From NCBI RefSeq assembly GCF_001194135.2, contig NC_068982.1:4536823-4600822 (forward strand): a stretch of 64,000 nucleotides of DNA, read 5' to 3'. The notes beneath the pieces were generated by a model, which ran no database searches, had not been told where the DNA came from, and saw only the letters and a list, made by a program, of their open reading frames with translations. Source of the DNA: Octopus bimaculoides (lineage: Eukaryota). Below are positions 38,351 to 50,331 of this stretch, one piece after another (positions within the stretch are counted from its first letter, which is position 1; each line of letters opens with the position of its first letter). Position numbers and translations under genes: made by a program.

Positions 38351-39734
38351 NNNNNNNNNNNNNNNNNNNNNNNNNNNNNNNNNNNNNNNNNNNNNNNNNN
38401 NNNNNNNNNNNNNNNNNNNNNNNNNNNNNNNNNNNNNNNNNNNNNNNNNNNNNNNNNNNNNNNNNNNNNNNNNNNNNNNNNNNNNNNNNNNNNNNNNNNN
38501 NNNNNNNNNNNNNNNNNNNNNNNNNNNNNNNNNNNNNNNNNNNNNNNNNNNNNNNNNNNNNNNNNNNNNNNNNNNNNNNNNNNNNNNNNNNNNNNNNNNN
38601 NNNNNNNNNNNNNNNNNNNNNNNNNNNNNNNNNNNNNNNNNNNNNNNNNNNNNNNNNNNNNNNNNNNNNNNNNNNNNNNNNNNNNNNNNNNNNNNNNNNN
38701 NNNNNNNNNNNNNNNNNNNNNNNNNNNNNNNNNNNNNNNNNNNNNNNNNNNNNNNNNNNNNNNNNNNNNNNNNNNNNNNNNNNNNNNNNNNNNNNNNNNN
38801 NNNNNNNNNNNNNNNNNNNNNNNNNNNNNNNNNNNNNNNNNNNNNNNNNNNNNNNNNNNNNNNNNNNNNNNNNNNNNNNNNNNNNNNNNNNNNNNNNNNN
38901 NNNNNNNNNNNNNNNNNNNNNNNNNNNNNNNNNNNNNNNNNNNNNNNNNNNNNNNNNNNNNNNNNNNNNNNNNNNNNNNNNNNNNNNNNNNNNNNNNNNN
39001 NNNNNNNNNNNNNNNNNNNNNNNNNNNNNNNNNNNNNNNNNNNNNNNNNNNNNNNNNNNNNNNNNNNNNNNNNNNNNNNNNNNNNNNNNNNNNNNNNNNN
39101 NNNNNNNNNNNNNNNNNNNNNNNNNNNNNNNNNNNNNNNNNNNNNNNNNNNNNNNNNNNNNNNNNNNNNNNNNNNNNNNNNNNNNNNNNNNNNNNNNNNN
39201 NNNNNNNNNNNNNNNNNNNNNNNNNNNNNNNNNNNNNNNNNNNNNNNNNNNNNNNNNNNNNNNNNNNAGCCAACCAACTAAGGGATAGTACCGATCCAAT
39301 ATACTGCTGGTAGTGTGCACAATTATTAATACCCAAATGCTGGGTATTGCATAGCAATTTTGCAATCGAGTGTCATATATGGGCGGGGGTAAAAAGTGGT
39401 TTACCCTTAATTTATACGGCAAATAAAAAAAATGGAGGGGATACACAAATGACATACATCAGCTGGTAGACATTCTGTTATGTCTATTGAAATAGACATA
39501 ATAGAATAGAGATAATAGAATGTCTACCAGCAGATAAACGCATTCCTGGGAGCTGCTACATAAATTCTAATGACTCGTAGTGTTTTCACCGCAGCTACAA
39601 AAAGCATACAATGACCTGGAATATATGAAGTAAGTACAGAATATAATATCTTTCGGTATTATATGTAGATTCACCCAAACACAGTTTTTTATACACTGGG
39701 TATGATGTCAGATATATGAAATGCTGGTTTCAAA

Positions 39735-40158
39735 TTCTGGCACAAGGCCAGCAAATTTGAGGGAGTGGGACAATCGATTACATCGTGCCCGTTACGCAAC
39801 TTGCACTTATTTTATCGACCCGAAAGGATGAAAGGCAAAGTCGACCCCGACGGAATTTGAACTCAGAACGTAAAGACAGACGAAATACCGCAATGCATTT
39901 CGCCCGGCGTGCTAACGTTTCTGCCAGCTCGCCACCTTTTAAAGAATCTTTTCTACTCTAAGCACAAGACCCAAAATTTTGGGGGAGGATGCCAGTCGAT
40001 TAGATGGAATCCAGTACGCAACTGGTACTTAATTTATCAAACTATAGAAAGGACGAAAGGTAAAGTCGATCTCGGCGGAATTTGAACTCAGAACGTAAAG
40101 ACAGACGAAATTTCGCTAAGCATTTCGCCCGGCGTGTTAACTTTTCTGCCAGTTCGCA
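39735..40158 (-). mobile_element. Two tandem family A SINEs (39735-39934, 39943-40158)
   Basis: Each has a head and central domain on the minus strand. Confidence 0.85.
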
Positions 40159-41944
40159 GTTTTAAGATATATGAAATATTGACCGAAAAGAAGGTCGATA
40201 AACGCGCAATTGTAAGAATTCATATGTCGATAAAGAATCCCTCTTCTGACATATGCCAATGATGCATCATTCAAGAGAGAGGATGTGCAACCTTACGAAA
40301 GTAGCAGCTGCGATAGGCAATAGTGCATCATTGTAAAATAAGTGGAAACATTATCCAAGGAAGTGGATAAAGAAAATAGTCAATACCAGCTTACTATTCT
40401 TTGTGGTGTTCGAGACTATAGGATCCAGCCTTCCAGTGCAGTCCATAATCTACACTAGCAGACTTATATCATGTGGGGATAACGCAAATCGATCAAATAT
40501 TGCTACATAAAAACACCAATACCTTTTAATCAAAATACCAACTTCATCAGACGACGATATATTTCAGAAAGGAATGGCAGAAAATATCTAAAATCCAGTT
40601 GAAATAGAAAGTATCACTTTAGCAATAACCACTTTAGAAATGATAGTATCCAAGTAGCAAGACTTCGAATATATACGAGACAAAAGTTAACACCAAAACG
40701 CTAAACAGTAGAATATTTTCGATAGAATCGAAAAAGCAAAGAATGAAAAATCATAAAACAAAATCAGAGCTTTGCATCGCGGATACGGAAGGGAGAGAGA
40801 ATGACGTTCGGCGGCGAAGTGCAATGAGGTAGTAAGATTTCAACTATAGAAATAATAATACTACGATTAATGATAAACCAAAATATCATTCTGTTATCAT
40901 TTATAATTGTTGGTACTTACACACACATATTCACATCCACTTTATGTTATAAATTATAATAATGGAATTATTATCGCGTACTTCAACACTACTTTATTGA
41001 ATGTTGGGTCGTCTTAGTGATATAATTAACAACTTCTTGACGACATACATGCATACATACATGCATACATACATACGTTTGTGTATGTGTGTGTGTTGTG
41101 CGTATGTGTGGCTTATCGCTTATTTATTTATTTCTATTCTCACTCTGCCTTCCTCCTTTCCTCCCTCATTCCCTCATATTTTTCTCCTTCGCCTTTTCAT
41201 ATTGACCGGTCTTGGCAACCATTTGCAACAAGCATTTCTTCTCTTTTAACCTATCTGTGCTTTTCAAATGCTTGCTTTTAGTTCTATATAAGAGTGATTA
41301 TGATTACAGCAGTCGGTCATTTATAAAATGTAAAAACCTCTTGGATCGTCTTAAACATGATATTTTCTTCAAATAATCAAATATCAAATTACCGTCTGTC
41401 TCACCTACAATTTTATCTCTTTCTTTCTCTTTTCTTTTGTCGTTGTCCTTGTTCTTTGAATTTTCTTCTTCGTTCTTCCCTCCTTCATTTTCTTTATTTT
41501 ATTCCCTTGCTTTTTGCTTTCTTTTGGTTTATTTTCTCCTTTGTCTCTACCAGACACACTCCAATTATTGCCACCGCTTATTCATCCCCACCTTTCAACC
41601 CAAACAAAAATACATAAGAAAACCCCCCCAGAACGAATTATACTAACGCAAATTTTATGATTTTCACTATGAGAACTAATATTTCCACACTCCACTTAAA
41701 GCCTCCTTATATAAGTGCTCCATTTGAAAAGTATGAACAGCTAAACACTTCGTCTTCTTTTAAGAACGACAACACAGAAAACTTCTAAGTAACTGTCAAC
41801 AGTGTTTTCTTGTGATAATAAACGCTGTATTATAGCTTAATGTATTCAATGATACTTCGCTTGAAATTTGATTATCGTTACAGATAGATTCTTATATAAC
41901 TGCACATTTCACATGCACATACCACGCTGGATAACGGAGGCATA

Positions 41945-41989
<45 letters not shown>

Positions 41990-42021
41990 TCAAACGCACA
42001 TACAAACAACACACACACATG

Positions 42022-42061
<40 letters not shown>

Positions 42062-42136
42062 TATATATAACAAAACCATATATATATATATATGTATTTA
42101 TACATATGTTAATATATATATTATAGACACACATAC

Positions 42137-42149
42137 TTATGTGTGTATG

Positions 42150-42209
<60 letters not shown>

Positions 42210-42210
42210 A

Positions 42211-42246
<36 letters not shown>

Positions 42247-42452
42247 GTCTATCTATTTATCTATCTATCTATCTAANNNNNNNNNNNNNNNNNNNNNNNN
42301 NNNNNNNNNNNNNNNNNNNNNNNNNNNNNNNNNNNNNNNNNNNNNNNNNNNNNNNNNNNNNNNNNNNNNNNNNNNNNNNNNNNNNNNNNNNNNNNNNNNN
42401 NNNNNNNNNNNNNNNNNNNNNNNNNNNNNNNNNNNNNNNTTATGTGTGTATG

Positions 42453-42512
<60 letters not shown>

Positions 42513-42513
42513 A

Positions 42514-42549
<36 letters not shown>

Positions 42550-42579
42550 GTCTATCTATTTATCTATCTATCTATCTAA
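42137..42579 (+). repeat. (ATCT)n tract duplicated across an assembly gap
   Basis: 42137-42276 and 42440-42579 carry the same variant units (tcaa, ctgt, attt). Confidence 0.9.
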
Positions 42580-42975
42580 CAAAGGCCTCAAAAGATATTT
42601 TAAGATCCACAAAGATCAGAACTTATCCGCAGCTCTTGGTGGTCCAAATCGGATGTTCAATCCATGTGGGTGTCTTTTCAGAACATTGTCTGGTTTAAAA
42701 AGTCACATGAAATGCCATGATGGTGCTGAGGTGTAGGTACAGGAAGTGGTCAAACTCTGCATAAGGATTAGACAACCACCATGTATGTATGTATGTATGT
42801 ATGTATGTATGTATGTATGTATGTATGTATGCATGCATGCATGTATGCATGTATGTATGTATGTATGCATGTATGTATGTGTGTATGTATGTATGTATGT
42901 ATGTATGCATGTATGTATGCATGCATGTGTGTATGTATGTATGTATGTATGCATGTATGCATGTATGTATGTATG
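42580..42975 (+). mobile_element. 5'-truncated LINE 3' end (RTE-like, C2H2 remnant) with (ATGT)n tail
   Basis: KGLKRYFKIH...CGCLFRTLSGLKSHMKCH followed by a short UTR and an (ATGT)n/(ATGC)n tail from 42781. Confidence 0.5.
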
Positions 42976-43104
42976 ACTTGTGCCAATTAAGGTTGAAGCT
43001 TATCTAAGTATATGTATATAAAATATATAACAAATAATTAACGCACTATATTTATTATGCTTGATATGTATATAACGTCTAAAAACTAATTGGTTCTGTG
43101 GTAT

Positions 43105-43145
43105 TGACGTCGTGGGACTGACGTCGTGGGACTGACGTCGTGGGA
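43105..43145 (+). repeat. 14-bp tandem repeat TGACGTCGTGGGAC x3
   Basis: Seen directly; the third unit is truncated. Confidence 0.9.
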
Positions 43146-43665
43146 ATGGATCCGGAATCATGTGACTCGGAAACTAAATTCTTACCACGCTTGGTTCTCT
43201 TTTGATTTTATATAGACATGAATCATTTACAGAGTTTATATCTGAGAGCAGAATATGAAAGCAGAGCAGATAACGGAGGCACACTCGCATATATATATAT
43301 ATATATATATATANNNNNNNNNNNNNNNNNNNNNNNNNNNNNNNNNNNNNNNNNNNNNNNNNNNNNNNNNNNNNNNNNNNNNNNNNNNNNNNNNNNNNNN
43401 NNNNNNNNNNNNNNNNNNNNNNNNNNNNNNNNNNNNNNNNNNNNNNNNNNNNNNNNNNNNNNNNNNNNNNNNNNNNNNNNNNNNNNNNNNNNNNNNNNNN
43501 NNNNNNNNNNNNNNNNNNNNNNNNNNNNNNNNNNNNNNNNNNNNNNNNNNNNNNNNNNNNNNNNNNNNNNNNNNNNNNNNNNNNNNNNNNNAAATTATTA
43601 AATTATTAAATTATTAAATTATTAAATTAATTATTAAATTAAATTATTAAATTAATTTTCCTCTG

Positions 43666-43698
<33 letters not shown>

Positions 43699-43728
43699 TC
43701 AAATACACATACACACAACACACGCACG

Positions 43729-43765
<37 letters not shown>

Positions 43766-44584
43766 GCACACACACATATTTTTTCTTACGTATTTCTATT
43801 ACCCTTTGAAACGTCAGGGGTCAACTAAAACGTTAGCTTTGTACTAACATAACATGTAAAAACAAAACTCAAGGGAACATATAGACAGCCCCTTTAAAAA
43901 CCAGATATGGACAATTGTATACACACATATATGTATGTATATGTGTGTATATATGTATATGTATATGTATATGTGTGTATATATGTGTGTATATATGTAA
44001 ATATATACACATTAGATATATTTTTGTATTATAAGCATATGTATTTGTATATGTCTGCGTGTACACATGTTTATACATATGTGTGCATATATGTCTGTGG
44101 ACATGTGGGTGTTTTTAGAGTACTGATATGTTCTTTAGAACTTCTTATATGTGATTATATTATTAAAAGAACCACCTCAGTTGACATGAGAAAATATGTA
44201 GTTTGCACTTTGTGGTGAAGTTATTCATTCTTTTTATATATATACCTTTCTGTGTATTTTGTTAAGTGAGTAACGTGAGAGTTTTTGATCATGCAAAGTT
44301 ATGTGCAGTCATGAAATATCGTTGATAATAGGTGTGAACACGGAACACATTGATCACAGCTATTGTCAAAGGCGTTCCAGCCATCCACGTAGTCGTCGTT
44401 TATTCTGTGGTCTTCTTTTTGCAGCCAGAAATCATCCCCATTTCTCATTCTGCTAAAATACCATCGATAAGAAGATTAAAATGTTGCCAGAAAGTAATAA
44501 GCGTTGGATAAGTGTTGGAGACAAGTAATTTGATAATGTTCAGTTATCAAATAACTGGTTTTCGATGATAAAATAATAGTATGA

Positions 44585-44850
44585 CGCAGGTGTGGCCGTG
44601 TGGTAAGAAGGTTGCTTCCTAACCACATGATTCCGGGTTCAGTCCCACTGCATGCCACTTTGGGCAAGTGCCTTTTAGTATAGACTCAGCTGACCAAAGT
44701 CTTGTTGTGGGGGGGGGGACTTGGTAGACAGACACTGAAAGAATCCCGTCGTATCTATTTATCTGTGTGTAGCTGTGTATGTGTTTGCCTTTCTCTCTAT
44801 ATTTGTACCCCACCACACCGCTTGCCAGGCTTAAAAAAACCTAGTACTTA
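44585..44850 (+). mobile_element. SINE family B, diverged
   Basis: caggtgtggccgtgtggtaag..ccgggttcagtcccactg. Confidence 0.75.
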
Positions 44851-45246
44851 TTCTTTACAGAATGTTATATTTCAACAATTTAGTTCTTGTGTTATGGAGG
44901 ACGCTACCTTGTTCACTATAACCTAAAAATTAAGAGGAAGATTTGAGGATATTTCCATGATCAATTTACGTAGAAATTAAATTGGAATCTTAATACAGAA
45001 AACGGTTTACCCTCATCAGCACAAGTGGAAATTTTAATATATTTATCGATACTATATTTTAATAAATATGTCTTTTATGGTAAAGTGATGGTATGTTGTC
45101 AGCTTAATGTGACAGTCCCATGAAAGGGAAGAATGCTATTGCTATTTAGCCCCAGGAAACACCGTTTCCAGCTGGCCATGACACATTTTCTGTGACCTTA
45201 TGTTTTCAAAGAGTGATAAGCACCTCCACCCAGCAGAGCCAGCATC

Positions 45247-45285
45247 CAGAGACTAGTTTCAGAGTCATTGCTCATCATCAGTCTG
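45247..45285 (-). ncRNA. Minimal type I hammerhead ribozyme, complete core
   Basis: caga-CTGATGA-t-GAG-caatga-CTC-t-GAAA-ctag-TC-tctg; GUC triplet; palindromic stem III ACUAGU; U.U at the base of stem II. Confidence 0.75.
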
Positions 45286-45434
45286 TTTTATGGTATTTAA
45301 TTACTCAGTGCACATATACTTGTTTTATAAATGTTTAGGTCGCCCAATCAAGTATCTATTTCACCTCCTCATAATATATCTTGTATATTCCACCCCTCCC
45401 ATAAATTTTTGTAAGCCCCGTATTATTAAGACAG

Positions 45435-45645
45435 CGAACTGGCAGGATCGTTACCACAGCGGGAAAAATGCTTAGCGGGATTTTGTCCGTCTTTACGTTC
45501 TGAGTTCATATTTCGCCAAGGTCGACTTTGCCAATCAACCTTTCGGAGTGGATGACATAACTACCAGTTACGTACTAGGGTCGTTGTAATCGACTAGTCC
45601 TCCCTACCCCACCAAATTTCAGGTCATGTGCGCACAGCAGAAAAG
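45435..45645 (+). mobile_element. SINE family A, diverged
   Basis: gcgaactggcaggatcgtta..gttctgagttca..gtcgactttgcc. Confidence 0.75.
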
Positions 45646-45662
45646 ATTATTTTAATTATCAT

Positions 45663-45860
45663 TTATTTTTACTTGCTTCACTCATTTGACTGCGGCCATG
45701 TTAGATCACAATCTTTTTTTAAACAAATAGACCCCAGGACTTATTCTTTGTAACCCTAGTACTTATATTGGTCTCTTTTGCCAAACGTATAAGTTATAGG
45801 GACCTAAACACACCAACATCGGTTGTCAAGAGATTGTGAGAGGACAAACAGTCACAAATA
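45663..45860 (-). mobile_element. SINE family B, 3' half
   Basis: tcatttgactgcggccatg..gacttattctttgtaa..acaccaacatcggttgtcaag. Confidence 0.75.
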
Positions 45861-45872
45861 ACAAATACATAC

Positions 45873-45919
<47 letters not shown>

Positions 45920-46145
45920 NNNNNNNNNNNNNNNNNNNNNNNNNNNNNNNNNNNNNNNNNNNNNNNNNNNNNNNNNNNNNNNNNNNNNNNNNNNNNNNNN
46001 NNNNNNNNNNNNNNNNNNNNNNNNNNNNNNNNNNNNNNNNNNNNNNNNNNNNNNNNNNNNNNNNNNNNNNNNNNNNNNNNNNNNNNNNNNNNNNNNNNNN
46101 NNNNNNNNNNNNNNNNNNNNNNNNNNNNNNNNNNNNNNNNNNNNN

Positions 46146-46243
<98 letters not shown>

Positions 46244-46255
46244 ACTGCCGCTGCT
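46146..46255 (+). repeat. (CTA)n to (CTG)n compound repeat
   Basis: Seen directly in the sequence. Confidence 0.95.
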
Positions 46256-47718
46256 AAGTGTAACTACTCGAAAATGAACGGATATCTTTACTGAAATAGG
46301 AACAAATGACAGGCTTCTGGGAAAATGATGAAAATTAAGTGTATTGTTTAAGTTAATTAGAGATAATTTTAGTCACTATGAATGAAGTAATTTGAATTAG
46401 AAACGATATGAAAACGGAATCGCAGAAATAGAATGCACATTGACCAACAAGAAAGTTTAAAAGACGATATAGAAGCAAAATGATTTCTGAAAATCTGAAA
46501 GGTGAAAACACATAGAAAGAAATTATAAAGTGTAACAGATAACACAAAAAAGCTCACTTAAATATCAAGCTGTTGAAGATGAATATGGCAACCTACCGAA
46601 CAAAGGAAATGTATGCAAATAGGAGAGGAGAATACTGTGGAGAAGTTTAATCAAAGCGGGGACAGTAGTGAAAAAAATTGAAAAAACTATTAAGAAAAGA
46701 AATTCCTGAAATAAACAACAAAAGCCAGAAATCACTTCAGAATTTGAATAAAAAATATGGAGGAAATAACATAAAAGTCGAAGACGTAAAGAAGTGGGGC
46801 GATTATGTCACTAATCTATCTGTAAAATTCCTAATGGCCCAGTAAATCGACTGAATCAACTGTCCTATCACAACCATGTAATGGAATCACCAAAAATTAC
46901 CGTAAAACAGCAGTGCAATTTGTTTCATTGTCCTTCATTAGCCATACAAACAAAAAATATGCTATATAATTCATCTCGTCAAATGAAACCAGCAGAAATA
47001 AGGACTGGGAAACTGGCTGGGCTGCAAGAAATGAGAAACAGCGTTTAGCAAATTCGTGAAAATATTTTAGCAGAAGAAAGTAAGAACAAAACCAGTCGGG
47101 TCTTTGCCTGAACTTCATTGATGCAAGAAAAAGAATTTGAGTGTCTGTGAATAAAAGAGGTATATAACGTATCTCGAGAAAATATAACATCAGCCTAGCA
47201 ATGTTATTACGACGCTATATCATCATACAAAATGTTGAGCTTGGGTGAAAAACACAGCAAGTAATTACTAAAAACATTTGGCATCAAACAAGTCAAGCTC
47301 CTTCGTGAATCCATTTCAGTGTGTTTTATATAATAAATAATGAGAGAAGCATTTTAATTATTTGAAGGCTAATTTAGTAATTTCTCGTTTGCAAGTTATA
47401 TTGATTTCGTATGTCACGTTGTTCTGTTCCCGTGGTTTTGTTCGTGATGCCAAGGAGGAGTGAATAAATGAGAATTTATAAACAGACAATGATATTTTGA
47501 TCTATAATGTACTGATCGCCGAATTTTATCGTTTACCTGAATAATAAATTGTTGTTAAGCAGGTAAATGTGAACTATAAAACAAATGAGACTCTTGGTCA
47601 AGGATAGTTTCGTTCATGTTTCATACCGGAGGTACCAGACCTGTCACTTAGTCATATGTGACTCTATGCGAACGATTGTATGAGTGGCACAGATAAAGTG
47701 ACCAACATTTCTGTATAA

Positions 47719-48069
47719 CAGTGTTTCTTAACCATTTCCTACCTATGGATCACCTTTGATTTCCATTTTACTTGGTTCGATCCTCAGACACATTCAATAC
47801 TTTCAAAAATCCTATGATATTTTTATGATTAAATATTAATTATTAGCAATTGTATTAAAAAAGATTATCAAAATATTTTGTGTATCTTCTATCTTGTTTC
47901 AGTCATTAGACTATGGCCATAGTCGAACTATGAGCTCCCGTACTCTGTTTCTTTTTAACCCTATTACCTATTCTATCAGTCTCTTTTGCCGAAACGCTAA
48001 GTTAGGGGTATGTAAACATACTGACATCGGTTGTTAAGCGGTGGTGGGAGATAAAGCCGATACAAAGGT

Positions 48070-48102
<33 letters not shown>

Positions 48103-48336
48103 CACGACGAGCTTCTTTCAATTTCCGTCTACCAAAATCACTTACAACGCTTGGGTCTTCTATAGTAAAAGTCACTTGCCCAAGGTGCCACTCAGTGGGA
48201 ATGAACCCGGAACCATGTGGCCGGGAAGCAAGCTTCTTATCACACAGTCACGGTTGCGTTTTATAAAAGTACAACCAATTAACAAAATCCTATATGGACT
48301 CCCAAGAGTTATATGGACTTCGGTTGAAAACCAACG
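47719..48336. mobile_element. hAT/Charlie-like MITE split by a SINE
   Basis: Ends CAGTGTTTCTTAACC / GGTTGAAAACCAACG resemble Charlie CAGTGGTTCTCAACC TIRs; atgga(t/c) subterminal motifs; TSD not conserved. Confidence 0.45.
47888..48256 (-). mobile_element. SINE family B
   Basis: cacttgcccaaggtgcca..gaacccggaaccatgtgg..atcacacagtcac is the reverse complement of the head. Confidence 0.8.
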
Positions 48337-49159
48337 ATATACACCTTCAAATGCAACTTCTAAAAATAGATTAGAATCACTTTGAATATATTATCACTCA
48401 AATAATGGTTTCCTTCAATTTTTATCCCAGAATTGTACATTATACTGGAAGAGATAAATAGGAGGTCGTGACAGTTGTGTATGTCTGATTTAATTTCAAT
48501 AAGGAAATGGAAGGAATTAATGTAGCATCAAAATCAGAAAATTCAACTTTGTTGCTGATTTACTTTGATCGAGTAAACTATTAAAAAAGGCTTAAAATAT
48601 TCCAACCACAACTAAGCTATATCTAGAAGTAAATCATTCCATCTATCTTTCACGTTTTTAGACAATAGGGTGTGGTGTAAAGATTTGGTTGCTATTTGTT
48701 GAAGGTAAACGTACGATGTACGGTTTCCAATTCATTCACCACAAAAATTAAATCATATATTGACAAAAGCAAGTTTCACTTTGGCCACGAAAATGTGTGA
48801 AGTATTCGATATTTTGTTCTCACGAAACGCTACTACAAATACAGTTAAGCTTTATTTTAATCTGTCTTGTGGTGTTCACTAATTATTCTGAAGTGTTTTC
48901 TCGTTACACAGGAAAATGGTAAGAACGTTTTATGCATTTTCTCTGGTCATAATAATCAGTACTTAATGTTTTATGTATTGGAATTTGTGTGACCAATTTA
49001 ATTTTATTGGAGCTTAAAATTAAATGAAATTTAATAGTATTTTAGAATGTTTAATAGAATTTTAAATTATTTTTATGCATTTGTGTACATTTAAACTAAT
49101 TAAATATTATTTTACAGAATAATAGAATTAAAATTTCTTTGATTAAAACCCTTTCTAAC

Positions 49160-50189
49160 TTGGAAGTATCGAAAGAGCATTTGAGGTACATAATACTTTA
49201 TGAGTACAAAAAAGGAAACTCTGCATCCAAAGAGACTCGAAACATACACTCATTTTATGGGAAAGAATGCTTGAATGAAAGAACTTGCAGAAGATGGTTT
49301 GCAAAATTCAGAAGTGGAGATTTCAACCTTGAAGATGAAGATCGAACAGGACGTCCAGTTGAGTTTGATGATAAGCTCCTTGAGGTATTACTTGAAGAAA
49401 ATCCTGCATTATCAGTTGAAGAATTGGCAATAAAGCTTAGTTCAAACCATACAACTGTTCATCGTCATCTTCAACAATTTGAAAAGGTTCCTAAACTTGG
49501 AAAATGGGTGCCTCATAAATTGTCCGAAAGGAATCGCAAATCCCGAATTGACATCTGCTCTTCTCTCCATTCTCGCGAACTCATTTCACCCTTTCTGGAT
49601 AGACTTGTGACTGGTGACGAAAAATGGGTCTTCTATCGAAATGTTAAATGTCGTAAACAGTGGCTTGGTAAAAGGGAAAAAGCTCAACCACAACCAAGAA
49701 GGGAACTTCATGGGAAAAAGGTTCTTCTCTCTATCTGGGTGGTATTGTAAAGAAGTAATTCACTTTGAATTGTTACCACCTAATGCAACAATCAATGCCC
49801 AAGTCTACTGTCAGTAATTAGAGCGTTTCAACCAAGCTTTGAAGAAAAATAGACCCGTTTTAGTGAATCGAAAAAGAGTGATGTTTCATCAGGACAATGC
49901 ACGATCCTACGCTGTAAAGATCACATCACAGAAGATCGAAGAAATTGGTAGGGAAAAAATTCCTCATCCCCCATATTCTCCCGACCTTGCTCCTTCAGAC
50001 TACCATTTGTTTCGTAGTTTACAAAATCATTTGGGGGACATAACTTTCGCAAGTCAGGAGAAGGTCGAAACTGACATTTCAGAGTTCTTCGCTTTGAAAG
50101 CAAAAGAGTTTTACATTGACGGGATTAAAAAGCTTGTAAATAGATGGAAGGAAGTCATAGATAAATAGGGAAAGTACATTGATGATTAA
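49160..50189 (+). pseudogene. Mariner (DD34D) transposase pseudogene
   Basis: HTH, WVPH, VTGDEKW, HQDNAR and YSPDLAPSD motifs with 34 residues between D2 and D3. Likely start codon now TTG (49160), +1 G near 49738, stops at 49815-49817 and 50166-50168. Confidence 0.95.
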
Positions 50190-50246
50190 ATTTCAATTAA
50201 ATATAACATTTGATCACTTGTTTTCTTTATTCAAAATTCGGACAGA

Positions 50247-50331
50247 ACACTTGCCCAAAGTGCCACGCGGTGGGACTGAACTCGGAACCATGTCGTTGGG
50301 AAGCAAACTTCTTACCACACAGTCACACCTG
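50247..50331 (-). mobile_element. SINE family B head fragment abutting the mariner right end
   Basis: cacttgcccaaagtgccacgcggtgggactgaac..cttaccacacagtcacacctg. Confidence 0.8.

Noticed and set aside
44995-45025. CTGATGA-GGG-taa-ACC on the minus strand
   Set aside because: No GAAA or stem III follows.
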